Virus record (IMG/VR): IMGVR_UViG_3300025137_000016
DNA: 64,000 nt
Strand: one strand, 5' to 3'
DNA from: a virus
Below are positions 57,660 to 64,000 of this stretch, one piece after another. A program made the position numbers and the translations under genes. The notes below the pieces were generated by a model. The model made no database searches. It was not told the DNA's origin and saw only the letters and a list, made by a program, of their open reading frames with translations. Each line of letters starts with the position of its first letter. Position 1 is the stretch's first letter.

Positions 57660-58210
57660 ACATATTTGTTCTTCACCCACATCCAGTAGTATCTGCAAAG
57701 CAACACTGTGATAAACATGTGGTGAAGATGATATTAGAAACTGCTCAACTTTTATCTACTGCCCATCGACTATTAGATGGTGTACAAGATTTAAGAGAAT
57801 CAAGTACAGGTAAGACCCAAACAAAGTATTGGGAACTTCCTGATAACAATATGGAGGGAACTCTTTATCGTGCTACTATGATGAACCATCCTTGTGCTAT
57901 ATGGTGTAGGGAATCTGATGCTAATTATACTTGGGCATATAATTTATTTGCAGGACTATGTGATGAATACACTCATCGTTATGGTAAAGTACATAAAACA
58001 GATATGTTATTAAGAGAAGCATTATTTGAGACACCAAAAAATATACCAAAGAAGATTGGATTAACTCCATTCAAACAAGCGATGCCTGAAGATGTAAAAC
58101 ATAATGATAGCATTCAAGCCTATCGTCAATATTATTTAAAATACAAAGCATCATTTGCTAAGTGGACAAACAGAGAGGTACCAGATTGGTATGCCAGCAA
58201 AACTAATTAA
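57656..58210 (+). CDS. Pyrimidine-dimer DNA glycosylase (DenV-family)-like protein
   Basis: MNIF.L, DKHVVKMILE.AQLLS, NHPCAIW, EY..RYGK.H and QAMP. Confidence 0.75.
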   Translation: MNIFVLHPHPVVSAKQHCDKHVVKMILETAQLLSTAHRLLDGVQDLRESSTGKTQTKYWELPDNNMEGTLYRATMMNHPCAIWCRESDANYTWAYNLFAGLCDEYTHRYGKVHKTDMLLREALFETPKNIPKKIGLTPFKQAMPEDVKHNDSIQAYRQYYLKYKASFAKWTNREVPDWYASKTN

Positions 58211-58871
58211 TTATTCGAAAGGTGAACATGGAGACTTATTACAAGAAGTTGCATTCTGTGCAAGAGTTTCTAATCCTAGCAACCAAGCGAGTCAAGAAAC
58301 GAGTGAAAAATTACTCAACTATTTAATGAAACATAAACACTGGTCGCCATTTGAAATGGTATCAGTATGTATAGAAATTAAAACTACCAGAGATATTGGT
58401 AGACAGATACTAAGACATAGAAGTTTTTCCTTCCAGGAATTTAGTCAAAGGTATGCTGAAGCAAATGAATACACTACTCGTGAAGCTAGAGAACAAGATA
58501 CTAAGAACAGACAAAACTCTACCGAGTTTGAAGATCGTGAAATTGTTGAATGGTTTAACATGCAACAAATGAAATTAATAAAAGGAGTGAAGGACTTATA
58601 TACAGAAGCACTCGGCAAAGGTATAGCCAAAGAACAGGCTAGAGCTATATTGCCTGAGGGTATGACGCAAAGTACATTATATATGAATGGTACACTAAGA
58701 TCTTGGATGCATTATATTGATCTAAGAACTGAGAATGGTACTCAAAAGGAGCATATGATTATTGCTCACGAATGTGCTAAAGCTATTGAACCAGTGTTTC
58801 CTATGATTAAAGACTTTAATAATTATGAAAAGGATCAAGATAATCAAGAAATCTGGAGAAAATATATCTAG
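58191..58871 (+). CDS. thyX: Flavin-dependent thymidylate synthase
   Basis: HWSPFE, RHRSFSFQEFSQRY, EQARAILP and TQKEH. Confidence 0.95.
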   Translation: MPAKLINYSKGEHGDLLQEVAFCARVSNPSNQASQETSEKLLNYLMKHKHWSPFEMVSVCIEIKTTRDIGRQILRHRSFSFQEFSQRYAEANEYTTREAREQDTKNRQNSTEFEDREIVEWFNMQQMKLIKGVKDLYTEALGKGIAKEQARAILPEGMTQSTLYMNGTLRSWMHYIDLRTENGTQKEHMIIAHECAKAIEPVFPMIKDFNNYEKDQDNQEIWRKYI

Positions 58872-58971
58872 GAAAAAGGATCCTGTAGCAAAGGATTTGA
58901 GAACACCTAAGTATAGAAGTAGAGTCATCCCAAATAAAAAGAAGAACATTCCCCCAATAGAAGAGATATAA
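58825..58971 (+). CDS. Small basic protein with ArfA-like segment (48 aa, not in track)
   Basis: DPVAKDLRTPKYRSRVIPNKKK. Confidence 0.45.
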   Translation: MKRIKIIKKSGENISRKKDPVAKDLRTPKYRSRVIPNKKKNIPPIEEI

Positions 58972-58980
58972 ATAAACGAT

Positions 58981-59229
58981 ATGCCATTATATAATGCAAA
59001 ACATAAAAAAACTGGAGAAGTACAAGAAGTCTTCTGTGGTATGAATGATAAAGACCAGTGGTTAGTTGATAATCCTAAATGGGAATTCATGTTATCCGCA
59101 CCTAAAATTGTAGATGCTGCAAGACTTTCTAATACTAATGAAAGAAGGAAAGCCACAGGATTTAGAGATGTACTTGAAAGAGTAAAAACTAAAAATCCAG
59201 GAAGTAAAATTGACACGGATGTATTTTAA
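58981..59229 (+). CDS. FmdB-like small protein
   Basis: MPLY..TGEV.E..GFRDVL..K..PGS; TATAAATA at 58967. Confidence 0.6.
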   Translation: MPLYNAKHKKTGEVQEVFCGMNDKDQWLVDNPKWEFMLSAPKIVDAARLSNTNERRKATGFRDVLERVKTKNPGSKIDTDVF

Positions 59230-59231
59230 TT

Positions 59232-60002
59232 ATGCCAAGATCTAAAACTAAAGATGTGCCAACATCAACAAAAGCGAAATTAAAAATAGCCGACTTGAGA
59301 AAAGTCGAGCCATTAAACCAAAGCCAACAAAAGTTTTTTGACTTTTTTAAAGATGAGAAAAAGCAAATCATTATGGCTCATGGTGTAGCTGGTACAGGTA
59401 AAACTTATATCGCATTATATAAAGCGATAGAGTCTGTACTCAAGCAAGAGTTTGAAAAAGTATTAATCATTCGATCTGCTGTACAAAGTAGAGAGATTGG
59501 TCATTTGCCAGGAGATCTAGAAGAAAAGCTGGAGCAGTATCAATTGCCTTATAAGCAAATTTGTGGTGCACTATTCGCTAAGAAAGTAGATAACTTGGTA
59601 TATCCTGATCCATACGAAAGGATGATGAAGCAAGACAATTTAGATTTTGCTTCAACTTCATTCGTCAGGGGTTTAACATTTGATAACACGATAGTAATTG
59701 TGGACGAATGCCAAAACTTAAACTGGGAAGAACTTGATACAATAATTACAAGAGTGGGTGATCATTCTCGTATTATTTTCTGTGGTGACTATCGTCAAAC
59801 TGATTTAAAAAGAGGAACTGAAAAAGAGGGTCTCTTTTCTTTCATGGAGATAGTTAGACACATGAAGAGTTATGCTCGTATTGAGTTTACTGTAAACGAT
59901 ATTGTCCGAAGTGACTTAGTAAAAGAATATATTATTGCTAAGATAAAAGCTGAAGATGATAAAATCAAACCAAAAGCTAAAAGGAGCAAAAGAAAATGTT
60001 AG
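59232..60002 (+). CDS. phoH: PhoH-family ATPase
   Basis: GVAGTGKT, IGHLPG, RGLTF, VDECQN and GDYRQTD. Confidence 0.95.
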   Translation: MPRSKTKDVPTSTKAKLKIADLRKVEPLNQSQQKFFDFFKDEKKQIIMAHGVAGTGKTYIALYKAIESVLKQEFEKVLIIRSAVQSREIGHLPGDLEEKLEQYQLPYKQICGALFAKKVDNLVYPDPYERMMKQDNLDFASTSFVRGLTFDNTIVIVDECQNLNWEELDTIITRVGDHSRIIFCGDYRQTDLKRGTEKEGLFSFMEIVRHMKSYARIEFTVNDIVRSDLVKEYIIAKIKAEDDKIKPKAKRSKRKC

Positions 60003-60121
60003 ATATACTTTTCTGGATTGCAGTCGGTGCATTTATCGGCTGGAACTTTCCACAACCCATATGGGCAAGCTGGGTTGAGTCAACTATCAAAAGTTGGATC
60101 AGCAAAATTAACACAAAATAA
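59996..60121 (+). CDS. Small membrane protein (41 aa, not in track)
   Basis: MLDILFWIAVGAFIGWNFPQP; SD AAGGAG. Confidence 0.55.
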   Translation: MLDILFWIAVGAFIGWNFPQPIWASWVESTIKSWISKINTK

Positions 60122-60132
60122 CAGGAGAAATT

Positions 60133-60363
60133 ATGCAAAAGATTATTGATAAAATCAAATGTATTTGGTCTAAAATGTTTAATACTCTAGATTTGAATAA
60201 GGATGGCATCATTGATGCTAAAGACTTTACATATCTTGAGAAGAAAACTAAAGACGAGTTAGAAGAACTCGGTCGCAAATTGGGTGTTGAACTCGATAAG
60301 AGACAGACTAAAGCTAAATTGGTTGCTGCAATTAAAAAAGCAAAAAAGAAACTAAAAATCTAG
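60133..60363 (+). CDS. Small basic protein with EF-hand-like loop
   Basis: DLNKDGIID and TKDELEELGR..GVELDKR. Confidence 0.6.
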   Translation: MQKIIDKIKCIWSKMFNTLDLNKDGIIDAKDFTYLEKKTKDELEELGRKLGVELDKRQTKAKLVAAIKKAKKKLKI

Positions 60364-60374
60364 AGGAGAATGCA

Positions 60375-60824
60375 ATGTCATTTGATAGAGAGAAGTTAAG
60401 AGAAGAACTCATTCGTGATGAAGGAGTTAAGTTCGAAATCTATAATGATCATTTGGGTTATCCTACCTTTGGGATCGGACACCTTGTCACAGTAGCTGAC
60501 ATTCAGGAGTATGGTCAACCAGTAGGAACAGCTGTCACTGAGGATAGATGTTGGGAAGTATTCGACGAAGACGTCGAGCTTTTTGTTGAGGAAGTCAAGA
60601 AAGTATATCCCCACATCGAAACTTACCCTGACACTGCTCAAAGAGTCTTGATCAATATGTGTTTCAACATGGGAGCTCCCAGACTTGGGAAGTTCCAAAA
60701 CATGAAGAAAGCTATTGACGAGGGGAACTGGAAACAAGCTGCAATTGAGGGTAGAGACTCTCGTTGGCATAAACAGGTACCAAATCGTGCTGAAAGACTT
60801 ATGGTCGCACTTGAAAGCATATAG
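60375..60824 (+). CDS. T4-type (GH24) lysozyme
   Basis: DEG..Y.D.LG..T.GIGH catalytic E/D/T; FNMG; DSRW..Q..NRA. Confidence 0.9.
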   Translation: MSFDREKLREELIRDEGVKFEIYNDHLGYPTFGIGHLVTVADIQEYGQPVGTAVTEDRCWEVFDEDVELFVEEVKKVYPHIETYPDTAQRVLINMCFNMGAPRLGKFQNMKKAIDEGNWKQAAIEGRDSRWHKQVPNRAERLMVALESI

Positions 60825-60840
60825 TTCTAGAATCTGGAAC

Positions 60841-60869
60841 TTGACTTTTAAGTTTTTTGAGAATATACT
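60841..60869 (+). promoter_or_regulatory. Sigma70-type promoter
   Basis: TTGACT-17 nt-TATACT. Confidence 0.75.
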
Positions 60870-60957
60870 TTATAAGCATAGGAAAAAAGTATCTAAATGG
60901 GACGACTCGTTTCATTCAGATAAGAATGGAAAACCTATAAAAGTAGAGAAGTAAATT

Positions 60958-61608
60958 ATGTTTAATCATGTACCTATTGAGATAGGTAAATTAGTGCAGG
61001 TGAATAGTAAGAGTGGGAGATACTACGAAACTCCCACTGGTGCAAAATATCCATCAGTCACATCCGTCACAAAACTTCATAGTCAACAATCCATTTTAGA
61101 ATGGAAGAAAAGAGTTGGTGAAGAAGAAGCTGGCAGAATATCTAGACGAGCACTCGGTCGTGGTAATAAAATACATTCACTCGCTGAGAAGTATCTTCTT
61201 AATGAAGGAGATTGCTCTGATGATTTTTCTAAAGCTGACTTCGGTCAGATGATTCCATACTTGGACAATATTAACAATATTCATTGTTTAGAAACCAAAT
61301 TATATTCAGACCATTTACAAACAGCAGGAACTGCTGACTGTATAGCTGAGTATGAGGGTAAACTAACTGTGATTGACTTCAAGACCTCTGCTAAGATGAA
61401 GAAGAGGGAATGGGTTAAAGACTACTTCATGCAATGTTCTGCTTATGCAGTTATGTTTGAAGAACGAACTGGCACACCTATTGAAAGGTTGCTACTAATA
61501 ATTAATGTGGAAGATGAAGGAATACAATTAATGGATGGTCGTAGAGATGATTACATTAAAGACTTCTTACATCTAAGAGAAGCATTTAAAAAATTAAAGG
61601 AAATGTAA
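60958..61608 (+). CDS. PD-(D/E)xK exonuclease (Cas4/RecB-like)
   Basis: YPSVT, RG..IH, AGTADC, IDFKTS and Q..AY. Confidence 0.85.
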   Translation: MFNHVPIEIGKLVQVNSKSGRYYETPTGAKYPSVTSVTKLHSQQSILEWKKRVGEEEAGRISRRALGRGNKIHSLAEKYLLNEGDCSDDFSKADFGQMIPYLDNINNIHCLETKLYSDHLQTAGTADCIAEYEGKLTVIDFKTSAKMKKREWVKDYFMQCSAYAVMFEERTGTPIERLLLIINVEDEGIQLMDGRRDDYIKDFLHLREAFKKLKEM

Positions 61609-61610
61609 TA

Positions 61611-62120
61611 ATGAACGATAGATTGACAGATCAAGTCTTCTATATGCGTGCGGACTCAGAGTGGGTATTAAAACGCACACAGGACTTGTTTAACGATAAG
61701 GAAATTGTTGTGTTTGGACTCCCTGGAGCATTTACTCCAACCTGTTCAGCATTTCAATTACCAAAGTATGAAGAACTCTATGATGATTTTATAGAGCAAG
61801 GAATTGATGAAGTTTACTGCACAGCTGTAAACGATTCCTTTGTAATGAACTCATGGCTAGATAATCATGAGATTAAAAAAGTTAAAGCCTTGCCAGATGG
61901 TAATGGTGATTTTGCAGCATCAATTGGTATGCTCGCAGACTTTAAAAATAGGGGATTTGGTATGAGGAGTTGGAGATACTCTATGTATGTTAAGAACTCT
62001 GAAATCCAAGTTAGATACAGTGAATGGGGCGAACCACAAGATTGTCCTATTCAAGATCCTTTTGATGTTTCCAACGCAGAGAAAATGTTAGAAGCGATTA
62101 AACATTTAAAACAGCATTAA
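61611..62120 (+). CDS. Peroxiredoxin (Prx5 type)
   Basis: GLPGAFTPTCS, VNDSFVM..W, DGNG.F and RSWRY. Confidence 0.92.
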   Translation: MNDRLTDQVFYMRADSEWVLKRTQDLFNDKEIVVFGLPGAFTPTCSAFQLPKYEELYDDFIEQGIDEVYCTAVNDSFVMNSWLDNHEIKKVKALPDGNGDFAASIGMLADFKNRGFGMRSWRYSMYVKNSEIQVRYSEWGEPQDCPIQDPFDVSNAEKMLEAIKHLKQH

Positions 62121-62124
62121 TATT

Positions 62125-62634
62125 ATGAGCAATTCAGATGGAATAGATACAGGCATGGGTCCAATGGATCCAAAGTTTGGTTCAGGTAATGGCATGGGAT
62201 CAATGGATCCTCGTCAGATAGATGAATGGTATGAGAACTACGCAGTTGGTTGCCCACCTTTCGCAGAGGATGTTAGGCAAGAATTATTAGATCTTAAGAC
62301 AGACACTAGAGTATTGAGAGATGCTATTTGTTTATCGGCAGCACTAACACTAAATGCTCGCGACCTTGTACATGATATCACACAATCTATAATGGATTAT
62401 AAAGAAGATCTTGCTGCTATGCGAGATGATATTATTACTCTGACGCACCAAGCTATTGGCGACTTTACTCTTGGCGATTATACTCTTATTAAAGAGGGTG
62501 ATGGATTTATGTCACCTGAGATTCGCCAGACAGTTGCAATTATAATGAATATAAAGCTCGATACTGATCATATAGATGTTCAGAGAATGCGAGAACTTGT
62601 ATCAATAATTAGAAGGGTGCATATCCTAATATAA
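62125..62634 (+). CDS. Hypothetical protein
   Basis: N-terminal GMG(P/S)MDP duplication; helical. Confidence 0.55.
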   Translation: MSNSDGIDTGMGPMDPKFGSGNGMGSMDPRQIDEWYENYAVGCPPFAEDVRQELLDLKTDTRVLRDAICLSAALTLNARDLVHDITQSIMDYKEDLAAMRDDIITLTHQAIGDFTLGDYTLIKEGDGFMSPEIRQTVAIIMNIKLDTDHIDVQRMRELVSIIRRVHILI

Positions 62635-62665
62635 TAAATAAACAGTATCACGATAGGGGGAACTT

Positions 62666-63202
62666 ATGTTTAAGACAAAGCCACTACTTATAATGATTAT
62701 ATTATCCATGTTTTTGGTTAATGGGGCAAAGGCTATGTTCGGTGTTCCTGAAATACAAACTGATAATAAGCAAACATTCATTACTTCAATGAATAAGTGT
62801 ATTGATAAAATATACTACAACCAAGACGAATCTCGTCACTTTCCCAGGGAACTAATTATTGCTCAAGCGATACTAGAATCTAGTTGGGGGAAATCTCGCT
62901 TCGCAAATGAAGCAAACAATCTATTTGGTATAAGAACTTGGAATGAAGATACTCCACATGTTAAGCCTGTCACCCATGACAATATATGGTATGGCTGGGG
63001 AGTAAAAGCCTACGATTATAAATGCGACTCTGTAAATGATGTTGTAAGGATATTAAACGATCTACATTATTACGAATCGCTAAGAAAGGCTAGAGATAAT
63101 GGAGCTGATGCAACTGAATTAGTGTATCATCTACAATCTTTTAGTACCAATCCAGAATATGGAAACTTACTAAAAGGCATTATTCTGAGTGAAATTCAAT
63201 AA
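62666..63202 (+). CDS. GH73 glucosaminidase (Bax-like), signal-anchored
   Basis: AQAILESSWGKSRFA..NNLFGI and FSTNPEY. Confidence 0.85.
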   Translation: MFKTKPLLIMIILSMFLVNGAKAMFGVPEIQTDNKQTFITSMNKCIDKIYYNQDESRHFPRELIIAQAILESSWGKSRFANEANNLFGIRTWNEDTPHVKPVTHDNIWYGWGVKAYDYKCDSVNDVVRILNDLHYYESLRKARDNGADATELVYHLQSFSTNPEYGNLLKGIILSEIQ

Positions 63203-63295
63203 CCACTAAATAGTTGTGTCGCTACCCAGAAAAGGGTTAGATACTATTTTCAATTGTACTAAATACTAGTATATAAAGATTGGAGAATCAAAATT

Positions 63296-63889
63296 ATGTC
63301 ATCATTAAACCCAAACAAATTAAAGACTCCTACTGCACAACAGATCAGAATGACTCGGGCAAAGATTTCCGAAGTAGATACCGACGCAGGAAGAGCAAAG
63401 ATCATTGAAACTTTTGCTGAGATACAAGAAGCTGAAGCAAAAGGACTTACCCAACCATCATGGGAAAACGATAGCAACCAAGAAGAATACAATTTCATAT
63501 TTAGAAATGGTCAAGAATTTAATACTATCTGCCCAACACTAGAATTCGCTAAAGCACAATGCGAAACCTTCTTAAAAGATAACAATAGAAGTGGTGAAGA
63601 CTGGGAAGTATTTGATGTAGAGATTACTGACTTAGAAGAAGTCAAGGATAGATTATATAAGGCACCTGTATTACATGTTGGTCATACTGACACTGTAATG
63701 GGTACTCTAGAAGATGGCGACGAAGACTTTAAAAAAGCATTCGAAGCAGTAGATGAAGATGAAGCTAAGAAAAAATACTTCAAAATTCTTGAGAACTCTC
63801 AAGGACATGTTATTGGTGAAGTAGAAGTAGATAAAGACGGCAACGAATTAACTGCTAAGAAAACCAAATCATCTAAGAAAAAAAGTTAA
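63296..63889 (+). CDS. Hypothetical acidic protein
   Basis: SD GGAG; CTAAATA at 63206 and 63259. Confidence 0.6.
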   Translation: MSSLNPNKLKTPTAQQIRMTRAKISEVDTDAGRAKIIETFAEIQEAEAKGLTQPSWENDSNQEEYNFIFRNGQEFNTICPTLEFAKAQCETFLKDNNRSGEDWEVFDVEITDLEEVKDRLYKAPVLHVGHTDTVMGTLEDGDEDFKKAFEAVDEDEAKKKYFKILENSQGHVIGEVEVDKDGNELTAKKTKSSKKKS

Positions 63890-63915
63890 AAAAACACTAA
63901 AAATTCCAATCTTTT

Positions 63916-63948
63916 AAGGGGAAGCCAGCAATGGTTTCCCTTTTTTTT
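63916..63948 (+). terminator. Rho-independent terminator
   Basis: GGGAAGCCA-GCAA-TGGTTTCCC followed by T8. Confidence 0.85.
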
Positions 63949-63950
63949 GT

Positions 63951-64000
63951 TAAGTCCTTGTTTTTAAATGAAACTTTTATTGAAAAAAAGTGAAATAATG
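63951..64000 (+). promoter_or_regulatory. Upstream part of another IHF-box/UP-element early promoter (truncated)
   Basis: TAAGTCCTTGTTT and AAAAAAAGTGAAATAATG, matching 56380-56429. Confidence 0.65.

Noticed and set aside
60958-61608. Cas4 as part of a CRISPR system
   Set aside because: No cas genes or array and no complete Fe-S cysteine set; it is the ordinary phage PD-(D/E)xK exonuclease.
62125-62634. AhpD partner of the peroxiredoxin
   Set aside because: It lacks the CxxC motif; only the position is suggestive.
2601-63498. Numerous minus-strand ORFs in the track
   Set aside because: They are antisense shadows of well-supported + strand genes, with no motifs or ribosome-binding sites.
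1-64000. CRISPR array, tRNA, tmRNA or rRNA
   Set aside because: I saw no regularly spaced repeats and no cloverleaf or T-loop/CCA signatures by eye; a covariance-model scan was not possible.
1-64000. Stop-codon reassignment
   Set aside because: Conserved genes are full length in the standard code and end at TAA, TAG and TGA at their expected C-termini.

Overview
A 64-kb, AT-rich segment of a large T4-like myophage. Its gene content resembles marine T4-like phages of diderm, probably proteobacterial, hosts. Essentially all genes lie on the + strand in the standard genetic code. Core genes are recognisable: the C-terminal part of gp43 DNA polymerase, uvsX, gp41 helicase, gp61 primase, nrdA/nrdB/glutaredoxin, a denA-like GIY-YIG nuclease, rnh, thyX, phoH, lysozyme, and a block of virion proteins. 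Three accessory systems stand out. (1) Directly after gp41 is a DNA-hypermodification locus: TET/JBP dioxygenase, FkbM-type methyltransferase, aGPT-PPlase/amino-acid:DNA-transferase-like enzyme, myo-inositol-1-phosphate synthase, HAD phosphatase and P-loop kinase. It suggests an inositol-derived base modification, and the dioxygenase ends in the same clamp-binding-like motif as the polymerase. (2) A dispersed type II fatty-acid-synthesis toolkit (ACP-domain protein, AcpS, FabF/B, FabI, MaoC-type dehydratase, membrane desaturase) is accompanied by about six Fe(II)/2OG-type oxygenases. (3) A curli-like module (CsgF, CsgG, two curlin-repeat proteins) is linked to FecR and a CHASE2 adenylate cyclase. 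Non-coding signals include 12 sigma70-type promoters, some with IHF-like boxes, CTAAATA/TATAAATA late promoters, many apparently leaderless genes and apparent avoidance of GTWAC. All calls come from reading motifs by eye; no database searches or counts were run.
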